Assembly: GCF_006345805.1 (NCBI RefSeq)
Contig: NC_043013.1
Coordinates: forward strand, 34,224,001-34,288,000
Source: Octopus sinensis
Taxonomy: Eukaryota
DNA length: 64,000 bases
Reading direction: 5' to 3'
Shown here: one piece after another, positions 1 to 14,687 of the stretch
How the letters are laid out: each line of letters starts with the position of its first letter
Numbering within the stretch: the stretch's first letter is position 1
Translations under genes and position numbers: made by a program
Notes under the pieces: generated by a model
The model's input: the letters and a program-made list of their open reading frames with translations, nothing else
Told to the model about the DNA's origin: nothing
Databases searched by the model: none

Positions 1-193
1 ATATATGTATATATATATACATGTGTATGTAATGCATGTATATATGTATGTATATACATATTTATGCATATATATATATATGTATACATATGTATACATC
101 TATGTATATATATATGCATATATATAGATGTATGTATATATATATATATGTACGTGTGTGTGTATATATATATATATAATAATTATAAGTATA

Positions 194-228
<35 letters not shown>

Positions 229-1037
229 ATATAATATATATATATATATACATATGTATGTATATATATGTATGTGCATGTATATATCTATATATGAGTA
301 TAATATATGTATGTATAATATATATATATACATATATATATGTATATATGTGTTCATGTATGTTATTCATGCAGTGAAGGGTTGGGTGCAGGTGCTATTC
401 CTTATTCGTAACATACTTATATTAATTATGTTTATTTTCAAGCAAAATACTCTCAGATGACTTTCTACACATTTCATAGAGTTATCTCAGAAGCTTACTC
501 ATGTAAACAATGACACACACACACCAAGATTTACACACGCACCACACACACACACACACATATTACACATACAGATATATGGAATAAGAAAAAATATCTT
601 GAAGACTTGCATACTTTGAATGTAAATGACATCATACAACTCAGACACAGACACCTTAATACACACATTTGTACTCCCTTTTAAACATGTGTACGCACAC
701 ACATACACACATGTACACACACACGCATGAACACACACACACACGCACGCACTCACAAACATGGCTTTATACCATGTGACAACTTTCATAATCATACAAT
801 ATAAATGTTTCATATATTTCTTTTTGCCAAAGGGTTTTGTTTTCTCACAATAATTTCACTGAATTTTTATGAATTTTTTTTCTCAACACCAGTATGTGTG
901 TATATACGGGTTTGCATTTGAACTTAAGCAAATGTGTGTGCGTGTGTATGTATATATACATATGTGTGTGTGTGCGTGTATGAATGTATGTATGTATGTA
1001 TGTACACACATGTATGTACACACATATGTATGTATAT

Positions 1038-1090
<53 letters not shown>

Positions 1091-1194
1091 TACAAAGAGA
1101 CAGAGAGAGTGAGAGAGAAAGAGTGAGAAGGGGAGAATGAAATTTTAGGGGTAGGATAACAAAAATGCAAAACTGAAGAAATGCAAACATGCTA

Positions 1195-1228
<34 letters not shown>

Positions 1229-1321
1229 ATGTATGTGTGGAAGAGCAAGCATTTGTGTTTATATATGTGTGCATATTAATGTATGCACAGGTCTGTGTGT
1301 GTATGAGTGTATTTGCTTGCA

Positions 1322-1353
<32 letters not shown>

Positions 1354-1860
1354 GGTGGGTGGTGTGTCTCAGTGTGTATCACTTTTAAGATGAATTGTAA
1401 CGTGTACTGGAAAGCGCATGTGTCTCTATCAATCCCCACCCAACTACCCATACAACCAATTCATACATACACATATTTCTCAAAGTGAAAGCATGGAATA
1501 TTCTTAGAGAAAGTCCCCTCCAGCACGCAATCAGGTATATAGAGAGACATAAACCGCTATATATATATATATAAATTCAATAATATATATGTATATATAT
1601 GAGTGTATGTGTGTGTATATATACATACACACACACACATATATATATATACACATACATACATATACATATTTATACATACATGTATGTATATAGATGC
1701 ATATGTGAGAGAACATGTTCATGCTTTCGTGTGTGGAGGAATGTTTCTATGTATATATATATATATATATATATATGCATGTATGCATGTCTATATAATA
1801 TATATATACATATTTACACATGCATGCATCTGTGTGTGTGTATGTGTGCATGCGTGAAAT
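1..1860. repeat. Compound (TA)n/(TG)n/(CA)n/(TATG)n/(GA)n microsatellite field
   Basis: Directly visible dinucleotide and tetranucleotide tracts separated by short unique spacers. These explain the [12 protein letters not shown] ORFs. Confidence 0.95.
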
Positions 1861-2871
1861 AAGCACTGTGTGGATTTTTGCATCATTATCAATATTACTC
1901 TTCTCTTGTTCTTTGTATTGTTATCATCATCATCATCATTTTCATTATTATTGTTGTTGCTGTTATCATCATTGCCATGTCTTGCTGCACTGAGCCATTG
2001 TTTTGTGCCCTGCCATTTTTAGTGAAGAAAGGTGTAAATGAAAAATTTGCAATTAATGAATATTCTCCGAAGCAAAAGATTTCAAGAATAGAAGTAGGTG
2101 GTCTTTCTATTGTTGCAAAACAACTAACCATCATTTTTGACTGTGTTATGTTATTGAGAACAATAATGAACCAGCATCGTGTTCATTTCATTTCTCTTAC
2201 GCTGACTACACACAGCTCTTTCTTTCTCTCTCTCTCTTTCTTTGTAGATATGTATGTATGTGTGTATTTATATATGCATGTATGTAGGAATATCATAGAT
2301 GAAAAACATCATTAGCTGCCTAAATAATTGAAATAATAAACCGAACTTTGTTTTCATAATGGCACACTGCTCAGAGTGATCATTGAATCAAAAAAAGCAA
2401 CAGGCCACAAGCAGAGAAGAAAGAAAGAAAGAGAGAGAGGAAAAATATGAAAGAAAGACTTCTGGAGATAAAAAAAAATATAGAGAGAGACAGATGAATC
2501 AGAGGAAAGGCACAAGAAAACAATGCCAAATAAATTAAATGAATATATAAATAAAAAGACAAAAACAACACAAACAACAATGCCTGATCAAAGGAGCCTG
2601 AACTCAATATACAATTTCATTTATTTTCTTTTTTTAACGAATTTATTTTTCTGTCAACTTTTGAAAATAAAAAAAAATTAGTAATTTTTATAATTTTTCT
2701 TTATTTTTTATTCTTTTTACTATAGTGTTTTCTTTTGAGCTATTGCTCTCTTAAGCATTTCTTGAATTCAAATTAATTAAATATATCAAATGTTACTTCT
2801 TTTTTTTAAATATATTGTATCATTCTTCTTTCTCTATTATCAAACTAATGTTGCTGGTGCAGCTACTGCTC

Positions 2872-2951
2872 ATGATGATGATGACGACGATGATGATGAT
2901 GAGGATATGATATCAATAGTAATAATAATGATGATGCTAATAATAATGATA

Positions 2952-3015
<64 letters not shown>

Positions 3016-3062
3016 TGATGATGATGATAATAATAATAATAATAATAGCAATAATAATAATT
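2872..3062. repeat. (GAT)n/(AAT)n trinucleotide tract
   Basis: Visible GAT/AAT iterations giving poly-D, poly-I and poly-M translations. Confidence 0.95.
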
Positions 3063-3422
3063 GCAAAAAGAAGAAGAATGATTATGATTAGCTTCATGAT
3101 AAGTTACATACATACAAACATATATGTATGTGTGTACGTACGCACGTGTGTGAGAGTTTGTATACTTATTAAGGTGGTTCATTTATTTTTTTTTTACTTA
3201 TGTTTGACAAGCATATCTTTGTTATAAATAATGAAAATTGGAAAAAAATAAAAATAAAATTACTTAAGAAAAAAATAAGAAAGAAACAGAATTAAACTAT
3301 AATGATGAATGATTGCTTAGAACATATCTTTAAAATGTTCAATTACTTCAACATTTCCATATATCCACTTCGTCATCATCATCATCATCATGACTGCTGT
3401 GAAGAGCGTCATCATTGCAATC

Positions 3423-3497
<75 letters not shown>

Positions 3498-4493
3498 ATA
3501 TATACATATATATAAATGGATATGTAGAGATATGCATATATAAATATATATATATATGTTTATATATACGTTTTTCTTTACTTGTACTTTTTATATATTT
3601 TTATTTCTACATTTGCAATATCCCACCCCCACTATCCCCCCACTAAACCCACTCCTTCAAGTGAACATTTTAAATAAGTTAAATAACTCCAAAGACTTGT
3701 TGCATTCATAAATAAGAAACAATTTCCTAAATGCGATAAAGTTAATTTTTATACCACCAGCTATCTCCACACATGCGCACATTTTCAATTATCCACTTCA
3801 GTTTCTTTTTAATTTTTGCTTGTATTTATCTATAATAATAATTATTTTTTCAGCTTTAAGTTGTTACTTTTTCTATAATTTTTTGCTTTTAGCTGGGAGA
3901 GGGTTTACTAAGTAACAGGAAGCAAATGAAGGCAAGAAATGTCTTTTTTCAATTTCTTACATATTTTATGTATTATATATCTTAGAAATTTTCTTTTGCT
4001 TTCTTATAACTTAATTATAATTGTAACTCATAGATAGTTGTATTAAGATTCAGGGCATAGCTCAGCTGTGTCGTTCAGGGATATGTTAAGAGAAACATAT
4101 GGCTCTAGGTTCGAAATAACACTGTAAAATTTCGGGCAAGTGTTTCCTAGCATAATCTCAAGTTACCCTATAACATCTGAGTGAACTTTGAAAGATACAA
4201 ATATCACAGTAACTCATTACATATTATATGTTTTAGCTGTGCACGTATGTGACTGTAAGTGTATGTGTCTTTACATTGATTTATATTGTATAGTTTGTTT
4301 GTTGATAGACTCAGGAAAGAAAAGCACTAAAGTATTGAGGATGTTTTTGAGGCCAAGCCTAAAGATTGCTGGGATAAGAGGGTGATGTTTCAATCAAAGC
4401 AAAGCTAGGAATATTTCTCCTACCATGAAACTGAAACAGTTTGTCATAAACAAGATGCTGCATAATATAAATGCATATATCATCCTATTCACC

Positions 4494-4850
4494 ATCATCA
4501 TTTAATGTCTGTTTGCCATGCTAGCATGAGTTGGATGGTTTGATATGAGTGGAAAGCCAGAGAGCTGTACCAGGCTCCAATTACCTGTTTTAGCATGGTT
4601 TCTACAGGTGGATGTCCTTCTTAACACCAACCACTTTACAGAGTGTACTGGGTGCTTTTTACGTGACACCAGTACCAGTGCTTTTATACATTGCCCCTGT
4701 ATGGTTGATATATATATGTGGCACCAACATGGGTGCTTTATATATGGCACCAGCACCAGTGCTTTATAAAAAGCAGCATCATGAGTACCTTATATGTGAT
4801 ACCAGATAAGTGCTTTTAATGTGGCACCAGCACATGCAAGTTCATAAGGC
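4494..4850 (-). mobile_element. RTE-type LINE 3' UTR with (GAT)n tail and short internal minisatellite
   Basis: The minus strand reads GGTGCCAC/TAAAAAGCAC repeats, then GTGGTTGGTGTTAAGAAGGACATCCAC...CATGCTAGCATGGCAAACAGACATTAAATGATGATG. Homologous copies lie at about 19975, 29085, 37680, 48270 and 62275. It is downstream of the RTE ORF relic at 5355-5930. Confidence 0.7.
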
Positions 4851-5354
4851 AAGGCCCTTTCAGAAGGGAGAGGAGGTGGAGCTGAGGTTAGAGTATGACG
4901 GTGGCACAGAGGTAGCCCTCTTACTATCAAGAAGATATTTGTGACCTCAGTAGAAAAAAGAAGGAGAGGAAAGTAGGAGAGAGAGAGAGAGTCTGTCTTA
5001 CAGGAAACGGTGGTGTAGTAATAAATAGGACAGAGGGATAGAAGGGATGTTCCATAAGAGTTTGAGGGGAGATGTTTAGAGATAGGGGAGATAGCAAGTG
5101 GTGTTGAAAGGAATTGGAGTAGTTACAAGGATGGCAAGTTATGGTAAAACGAATTGGAGTGGCTGGGAGCCGGGGTTGGTATTTGAGGGCATGGTGAGTG
5201 TGCAGATATACATGTGAGGGAAAGTGGAGGGGTTTGTAATTGGTGGTGGGAATGTTGGGGAGTTTGATAGAGGACAGAATTATGTGTGTTGTGAGGGGGA
5301 GGGGTATCACTGTAAAGAACATGCCTGCATGTATGTATGGATGGCCACAATTTT

Positions 5355-5930
5355 ACTTAGCTTGATATGTCTTCTGCAGCATAGTATATTGCCAGAAATC
5401 TCAGTCTCTTTTCATCTCACTGAGGCTCAAGATCTGAAGATTCTTTCTCAATAGATTCCCTCAATCAGAGATTGGTGTTTCTTTACGCTGTTGTCCTCAT
5501 CAATAGGCATCACATACAAGTACAGTCTTCTTTCTTGTACACTACATCCAATGCCACTTACACCCAATTTCCATCTTAAATCATTTACACTCTGTTGTAC
5601 ATGCACACTGATATTACCCATCCAGCAGAGTATGCTAGCTTCATTTCTTTCAAGCCTTCACAACTCCTCTGCAATTAAGGCCCATGTTTCACTGTCTTTT
5701 TAAATGATTGACCACTGCTGCAGGGACTTTCAATTTCCTCTTCTTTTATATGTTTTCTTGGTGTGTAATGTGGAATTTTTCTTTCCCTGATGTATGTAAT
5801 ATAATCACGATGGATAACCATGGCAGTGTTTGAGCTTGACAGATCCAGCTGTTCAAGGACTGCATTTTGGAAAGAAAACCCTCTATCTACAAGTATTCTT
5901 TTACCACATCCTACTTGCCTCCTTGCATAA
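5355..5930 (-). pseudogene. RTE LINE ORF2 C-terminal relic (post-RT region), with stops, frameshifts and an insertion of about 110 bp
   Basis: Minus translation SETWALIAEEL*RLERNEASILCWMGNISVHVQQSVND matches the RTE-clade HGSETW...RRLERNE...LRWMC region as I recall it. The upstream TAM and LVDRGFSF segments align loosely with the preceding RTE block. Confidence 0.7.
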
Positions 5931-7263
5931 TCTATGCCTTTGCGAGGAAGATAAAAAGACATAAGTACATATATATGTGTATGGGTACATGTCTTCATTG
6001 AAGCACTGCAATATGTGTAAATGATAGAAGCATTTTATATTAATTATGCAATTTAGGTGTCAAGTTTTGCCAATTACACGATGTTAATAAATAAAAACAA
6101 AGGGAAAAGATACTGTATACATTGCATAGGTTATTGTATATATATATATATAAGGATCTCTATACAAGCAGCACAATCTGGAAACTTCATATCTGTGCAC
6201 ATACACATCCTCTGTTAAAAACCATGTCTTCAAATGCCACAAACACGAAGTAAGACTATCCATTTTTAGCTACTGACAGGAATGTAAGTAACTTTAAAAT
6301 CAAGGAAGCTATTCTCATAAAACGACATAAATTAGAAATCAAAACCAGACCTGGAGTGTATGACAGGGGCAGGCTTTTCTAATTACCTCACTTCACCTAC
6401 TTTTCACCTACTTGCCTTTCTGACCTTTCTAACTCATTTCTCACACCCTTTCACCACATCAGTACAAAACACTTGAATGGACTGCAAGTAACAACACGTG
6501 TCTCTAAACACTTTGATTACCTTCTTTTTTCCTATTTGAAAAGGAGAATCTTTCCCAAAATATTACCAGACTATGAAACAACTTATATAAAGTAATACAA
6601 TGGCATTACGCTTTGTTTTCATTTATTGGTATCACCTTACATATGTTCTTAAACTACTCACCTGCACTGCTTGAAGGTTTTTGACACATTTATATCATTT
6701 GAAAAATGTTTCACTACATTTTTACCCTAGGGCTCAAATCAGGCTAAATTTGTGACTGTTAGAAGATTATTCCCTCTTTCAGAGAAACATGCTGAGCTTA
6801 ACTGCCAAATCAATTTCCTTAAACACTGCTTGAAAAATGATGTTATTCCCAACACTGTCAGCAACGTGCATTTACTCACATGCTTCAATTAGATCCAATC
6901 CAAAGTGAATAAAGAAAGAATATTACAAACATTACATAAATTTTGCATTAAGAAACTTCTACATCATCTATATCATTAACTTCTTCTACAAATTCTTGAA
7001 ACCTTGGAATAAGAGGCAGTCATTTTTGAACATATTTACACTAGTTGTTAGAGGACACAAGCTGTTAGTGATGCTGGAGGACACAAACTTTTAAAAAGAC
7101 TATGTTACAGAGATGAAGGAGGATAGTAACATGGAGAAAACTAGTCAATGGGATCTAATTGCACTCAGGGACTTACTGACTGAGGGACTTACTGACATTC
7201 GTCACAAAGAGGTTAATTTTATTTAAGAATAAAATATTCATTGCATCACTCTTTAATCTAAAA

Positions 7264-7659
7264 GGTGCAGGAGTGGCTGTGTGGTAAGTAAGTAGCTTGC
7301 TTCCCAACCATATGGTTCCGGGTTGAGTCCCACTGTGTGGCACCTTGGGCAAAATGTCTTCTACTATAGCCTCGGGCCAACCAAAGCCTTGTGAGTGGAT
7401 TTGGTAAACGGAAACTGAAAGAAGCCTGTCGTATATATGTGTACGTATATATGTGTGTGTGTTTGTGTGTCTGTGTTCCCCCAAAATCGCTTAAAAACCG
7501 ATGCGGGTGTGTTTACATCCCCCATAACTTAGCGGTTCAGCAAAAGAGACCAATAGAATAATTACTAGGCTTACAAAAAATAAGTCCTGGGATCGATTTG
7601 CTCGACTAAAAAGTGATGCTCCAGTGTGGCCGCAGTCAAATGACTGAAACAAGTAAAAG
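7264..7659 (+). mobile_element. tRNA-derived SINE, family A, full length
   Basis: A-box TGGCTGTGTGG, B-box-like GGTTGAGTCCC, then CCTTGGGCAA, an internal (TA)(TG) microsatellite and the 3' end GTCAAATGACTGAAACAAGTAAAAG. At least 9 homologous copies occur in the window. Confidence 0.85.
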
Positions 7660-7844
7660 GGTAATTATCAAAATGTCAGTCATAAGCCATTTCATTTGTT
7701 TCCCTTAGTTAATTATTAATTATGCATATTATACTGGCTAAAAAAAGATATTCCTAACCATTTTTCTATATGCAAAATTTCATGTCAACTGATTAACAAG
7801 CTTGGTTAGTCAGACCTATGCTGATGGGATCTAGTTAGTTAGTT

Positions 7845-8095
7845 CTCTCAGTATCATGTGGCACATAAGGGTCTAACATGATCTCTCCAACCAGCTCTGT
7901 TTTCTGTCACTGTTCTGGTCTTATTCCAGCTTCTCCACATGTCTTGTCTCCTTTCCTTGTCAATGGTCCTTCACTCTGTGATTTTAGAGCACTCAGCTGC
8001 TCTTTTCTTCTCAGGCTGTCACTTTAGTGCCATCAGACAATCGAATTATTGATCATGTCTGAGGTTGTGTCTGATGATTAGACATATTTACGCAT
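7845..8095 (-). pseudogene. RTE LINE 3' ORF end, second family
   Basis: Minus translation MALK*QPEKKRA...DKERRQDMWRSWNKTRTVTENRAGWRDHVRPLCAT* resembles RTE C-termini (AL-W-PEG-R-RGRP...DR--W---V-ALCA). Confidence 0.6.
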
Positions 8096-8393
8096 GAGAT
8101 TTTAAACACAGGATACCACTATTTTACAACTATCAAGATGAAGGAACAAAAATACATGCATACATGCACATATATATGCAGTATTATAGATACTTTTCTG
8201 CCAAACTTACTAACCAGTTTCACACCAGATATTAGATAACAGTGTGCGTAACTAAAAACGCATTTGTCAGTGATGGTAGTTTTTGTAAAAAATATAGTGA
8301 CTCTTTCTCCCTCTCTACCTCTCACTTTATATATACATATGTGTGTGTGTATATATATATATATATTTACATATATTTATATATATATATATT

Positions 8394-8424
<31 letters not shown>

Positions 8425-8920
8425 ATTTATATATATATATATTTATATTTATATATATATAAAGGCAAATTGAATAAAAAAACATAAATAAAATCAAAAA
8501 CAACAACTGTCAAAAGGAGGTACAGACTGAATGTATTAGGTTGACATGAAGTTTAGGATGAAACAAAGAGGTGGGATAATGTTTGAGCATGGCTCTTTGT
8601 TAGAAAGAGGAAAGGTCCAGAGAGAAGGAAAAAAAATAGTCAGAGAAAAGCATGTGTGTGGTTACATGCTCATATACACATATACATTCATATATATATA
8701 TATATATATACATACATATACAGCATGTTATAGATAATGGTCATTACATATTTTCCTTTATTAGAGCAAGTTTGGCTTACAGCTGTTTCCAGTAGTCATT
8801 ATTGGTATGTTACTGATAGGTTTACTCAATCGGTCTATTGATCAATTGAGAAAAGTTGAACAACCTAAAAAAACTAGAGCTAGTTTCATCAGAGCCATAT
8901 CTGATTATATATGTACATGA

Positions 8921-8962
<42 letters not shown>

Positions 8963-8984
8963 CTATATATATATATATATATAT

Positions 8985-9275
8985 ATGTTGTGAAACATTG
9001 TTTGTTTTTCCGTCCTTGTTTTTGTATACATTCACTGCTTTCTTCCAAGGAATCTAATACACTTAGCTTAGTTTTTCCTTGGGGCTGGCCAAATTGGAGC
9101 AATCTCAAGTATAATCAGCCAAAATTGCGAGGATAATCTGGTTCTTGACTGAGGATAGAAAACTTCGAATGACCCATCCTTGTTTAATTTGTATCGTCTA
9201 TCTGGATGTTCTGCTGTCTCATTTTTGTATCACCGAACTGTCCGGATTTTCTTGTCCTATTTTGTATTTTATATA
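8985..9275 (+). mobile_element. Short interspersed repeat, possibly a Penelope-like terminal repeat; partial second copy at 15862-15975
   Basis: The two loci share GGTTCTTGACTGA(G/A)GA...TTCGAATG.CC..TCC.TGTTTA.TTGTATCGTCT. Both are flanked by (TA)n and contain CTGANGA. The class assignment is inference. Confidence 0.4.
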
Positions 9276-9967
9276 TATATATATGTATCTATTTAAAGCC
9301 TCAAAAGATTGCAGTGATCGCTATACAAGTGTCCTAACATGCAATGAAATATATAGTCCTTTCGAATTTGTAAATTCAGATTAAAATCAGAGGCATTAAA
9401 TTTTACTGTTTTATACACTACTTGTTGTGGTGGTTGTTGTGGTGGTTGTTGTTGTTGCTCATTTCAAACCATTCTGTCAACACTCATTTAAGCAGTAGTT
9501 GTAATTTAGCCCAGGGTGTGTTCTGACTATGCAACCCTATGATCACAAATGTTCTAGCTTGAACCATTTCTATCTTTTTGAATACCAGAAGACATTGCAA
9601 ACTCTATCTTTTTTCATGTCAGTTCCCAAGATGGGATTTAAAGGAAAAATGGATGCTATTTGTTGTAGATCAAGTAACCACAAAGAGGTTATCTTCTAGA
9701 AATAACAGTCAGATAACAGTAGACCAACAGAATTGTGTAACATTGAGTTCAGAATCAGATCAACAGGTGTGGTTAGTGGGTGTGTAGGAAGAGGTGTTGC
9801 ATGTAGACCTGACAGTTAAACTCTATTTTATTATCAGTGTGTTTCAAAGGAGGATGAGGAGGAGGAAGAGGGAAATGGAAAAGAAGAAAGTTAAAAAATG
9901 GGGTAGGAAAAGGAAAAGTGAAGAAAAACATGAAGATAATGAGAGTGAAAGAGGAAGGGAGAGCGAG

Positions 9968-10000
<33 letters not shown>

Positions 10001-11712
10001 AAAGAGAGAGACAAGAGAGGCCAAAAAGAGAGATGAGAAAGTCAGTGAAAGAGGAAAAGAAGTAAAGGAAAAGGAAGACAAAGAACCGGAGAACGGATAT
10101 TGAAACTTTAATTACATTAGAAAAGAAAGTTTTTTAAATAGCTGATATATATATATATATATGTGTGTGTGTATATATATATATATTATACGTATCTGTG
10201 TTGTGTGTGTGTGTGTGCATGCATGCATACACACACACACATGCATATATATATATATATAAAATTGAAACAAATTCGATAAAACGCTATAAAGAAAATA
10301 CCAAAACAGAAAACAAATTCCAGCTATTATATTTACGTGGGTTTATCAAATAAAGGAAGGCTTAGCCATCCATTGCAAGAGAACTATGAAACTAAACAAA
10401 CAAATAAATTAAGAAAGCAAAACGAAATGAAAATTGTAGCGAAAAATAAACGGCAAGCTAGCATAATTACAAGAAATGTGTTAATGAGATTAATATTAGC
10501 TGCTCTTCGAGGTGACAATAATTGAGAATGAAAAAATTTTGTTTTAGCAAAGTTCATTACGCTCTCTCTTTCTCTCTTTCTCATCCTAATAACTGAGAAA
10601 AATATAGATTTTGCATGGTTAATTTCTATCTATGTATGTATCTATCTATCAGCTTATCTATCAATCTGTCTATCGTTCTTTCTTCACCATACATCTATAC
10701 ATAAATAGACACACACATACACACACATATGCACAAGTTAAATTCTCTATTAGCAATCAGTTCCATTCATTTGAGACAGTGAAATGAATATCGATTGCTT
10801 TCAGGTGTATTCAAAATTGTGTATCCAATTAACACATTTTTAATTCTAAGTGGTGAGAAATAAAGAAGGAAAGAAAGAGGAAGTGGAGGGGAGAGATAGA
10901 AAGAGAGAGAAAGGCCTTATTAATCACGTAAAATTTATTTAGCAGTTTTGTGATACTTAATGAAATTGTTTCATGAAAGATTCAGTATGACAAAAATAAT
11001 AACAAAAAGAGAAAAAGAAAATGAAAAAGAAATTAAAATAAAATTAAGAAATACGTAAAAATTAAAGTAAAAACAATTAAAAAAAATAGTTTAAAATAAC
11101 AATAATGAGGATAATGATGCTATAATGATAATAATTACAATAACAATAATTATAATTATAATGATAACGATAATAAACGGTTAGAAAAAACCCAAAGAAA
11201 TCAAAGAACAAATAAAAAATAATTATCAAAATAAATATACAATTTAAGAAAAATATAAGATTTCACAGCTTCACACTTCATCATTCCTCTGCTTTAACAC
11301 ACACACACACACACACACACATTTAGATGCGCATACACTCAGATACATATATCAACACATATACATATATATAAATATGCGCACGCGCACACGCACACAC
11401 AATTATAACACATGACAAATATTTATTTCCAGTTCACAATAACTTTTGGATAAGAAATGACAGAAAATTTTATTTAAATAAATAAATCCTATGCCTCTCT
11501 CTCCACACAGCTCCTAAACTGTAATTAATTTAAACAAAAATAAAGGAATAATTATATTAAAAAGTGATTTACTAAGTATTATTATCATTTTAATTATTAC
11601 TATTTATTACTATCTGTTATTATTATCATTGTTGGTATTATTATTATTATTATTGGTATTATAATTATTATTATTATTATTATAATTGTTGTTATCATTA
11701 TTATTATTATTT

Positions 11713-12420
<708 letters not shown>

Positions 12421-12895
12421 AAGGTGGCGAGCTGGCAGAAACATTAGCACACCAGGTGAAATGCTTAGCGGTATTTCATCTGCCGCCAGGTTTTGAGTTT
12501 GAATTCCGCCAAGGTCGAATTTGCTTTTCATTCTTTCTAGGTCAATAAAATTAGTCCCAGTTATGAACTGGGGGTCGATGTAACCAATTTAATTTCTTTT
12601 CCCTAAAATTTGAGGCCCGTGTGTTTCCAGTAGAAAGGATTATTATGATTATAATTATTATTATTTTCCTCATCATAGATATCAAGCAGGTAAAATTATT
12701 AATGTATCAGGAAAAATACCTTCCAGTATTTTTGCCTGCACTTTATGCTCTGAGTTCAAATACAGCCAAAGTCAATTTTGCCTTTCATCTGTTCAGGGTT
12801 CATGAAACAAGTATTAATCGAGTAATGGTGTCAATGTAATCAACGAGTCTCACTCACATAAAATTTTGGGACTTGTGCATACATTAGGAAGAATT
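12421..12895 (+). mobile_element. Two family B SINE copies (12421-12640 and degenerate 12690-12895)
   Basis: AAGGTGGCGAGCTGGCAGAAACATTAGCAC head and central domain. The second copy is 5'-eroded. Confidence 0.8.
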
Positions 12896-13479
12896 ATTGT
12901 CATCATTATTGAGTAACACAACAGCATATACCATCAAAGTGACAGTGGGGTACGAATATTTGCAGCCCAATATAACCATCATTACTACGTGTCTGATACA
13001 GATACACTGATAGAGATACTCCAGACACATTCATCACAACCATATGTGCATGAGATAGTGATACTGTATCAAGACAAACAGTGTATGACCTTACAGGTGG
13101 GACCCAGTAAGAATTTTCTTCAGGTCAAGTAGCCCATCTCACTCAAAAGATCCCTGAATAAGATTTGTTTGAGGATGATGAATGAAACACCCATGTTTCC
13201 AGAGCTGAATTATTCAAACCCCAAAGAATTCTTCTCAACACATGGCTATGATGCTCCCCCACAACGTTTCCTTGTGATCAGAGATACACACATTGTCAGC
13301 CACTAAGGGACATGCCCAACTGATTAAGGTCAAGCAACTGACGAGCAAATCTGTGGTACTGAGCAGAATATTTGCTGTAGCGCATCTTTTACACCAAGAC
13401 AAAACAATGTATGTGATAACATTTCCAATCAGTTAAGATCAGAAGCCATGAGAGCCACTGCCTGGTGTTGAGTCATATT

Positions 13480-13980
13480 CTTTTATTCTTTTAGTTGTTT
13501 CAGTTATTTGACTGTGGCCATGCTGGATCACTGTCTTTAGTTGAACAAACTGACCCCAGGACTTATTCTATTGGTCTGTTTTGCCGAACCGCTAATTTAT
13601 GGGGATGTAAACATACCAACATCAGTTGCCAAGCGATGGTGGGGGAACACCACGAAATCACAGGTGATACAAGCCTAAATTCATTTTTTAAATGTCTTGC
13701 TTTGAAAAATTGCATTGGGTATGATTAGTAAAATTTTTTGGTAGAAATGACTAATGTCCCTCTTAGCGTGTGGCATGTATGTGTAATAATGCCCTCTATA
13801 TATAAATATATATATATATATACACATACACGACGGGCTTCTTTCAGTTTCTACCAAATGCACTCACAAGGCTTTGGTTGGCTCAAAGCTATAGAAGAAG
13901 ACACTTGTCCAAGGTGCCATTGAACCTGGAACCATATGGTTGGAAAGCAAGCTTCCTTCCACACAGCCACACTTGTGCCT
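13480..13980 (-). mobile_element. Family A SINE interrupted by about 120 bp at 13680-13800
   Basis: Reverse complement of the family A head at 13800-13980 and of its 3' half at 13480-13680. Confidence 0.8.
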
Positions 13981-14187
13981 ATAGTTTTATATTGTTGAGT
14001 AGCACATTCTTGGTTATGGTATATATAACTGGCCAGAGAGTTACCATTAATTTCAATCTCCTATTGTGCACATGGCAATACAGAAGACCTGAGTATATTA
14101 TAAAAGTATAACTGCTGAAATTCTCTTTTAGAACTTCCCTTTTTCTGACTTATGGACAGTTGATTGATGATATATATATATATGTGT

Positions 14188-14593
14188 AAGGCAGTCAGCT
14201 GGCAGAAACGTTAGCGTGCCGGGTGAAATACTTAGTGGTATTTCGTCTGCCGTTATGTTCTGAGTTCAAATTCCGTCGAGGTCGACTTTGCCTTTCATCC
14301 TTTCGGGGGACGATTAAACAAGTACCAGTTACACACTAGGGTCGATATAATCGACTTAATCCATTTGTTTGTCCTTGTTTGTCCTCTCAGTGTTTAACCC
14401 CTTGTGTGGGTAGTAAAGAAATAGGTATTTTGTCTGTCTTTACATTCTTAGTTCAAATTCTGCTAGGGTCTGCTTTGGTTTTCATCCTATTGGGGTCGAT
14501 AAATTAAATACCAGTTGTGTACTGAGGTTGATCTAATCGACTGTCCCCCCCCCAAAAAAAAAAATTTAGGGCCTTGTGCCTAGAGTAGTAAAG
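14188..14593 (+). mobile_element. Dimeric family B SINE: full monomer with tail type 1 fused to a 5'-truncated monomer with tail type 2
   Basis: The central domain TTCTGAGTTCAAATTC...TTTCATCC...GGGGTCGAT occurs twice. The junction is GTAGTAAAGAAATA|GGTATTTTGTCTG, and the same junction is seen at about 42720. Confidence 0.8.
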
Positions 14594-14687
14594 TATATAT
14601 ACATATATGTGTGTGTGTGTGTATGTATACACACACATATACAAATGTATATAAGCACATATATGTCAGTATATATGCATGTCTTTT

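Noticed and set aside
5675-5998. 107-aa minus ORF with a DRGF motif as a Harbinger transposase or host exon
   Set aside because: It is contiguous with clear RTE ORF2 sequence (SETW...RLERNE) and better explained as a decayed RTE plus an insertion.
9149-9175. CTGAGGA (and CTGAAGA at 15885) as hammerhead cores
   Set aside because: Stem II is weak, GAAA is incomplete and no stem I pairing is visible. Retained only as a possible eroded terminal repeat.
12900-13465. Stretch that looks like an interspersed repeat
   Set aside because: There is no second copy, terminal structure or ORF in this window, so it cannot be supported from the sequence alone.
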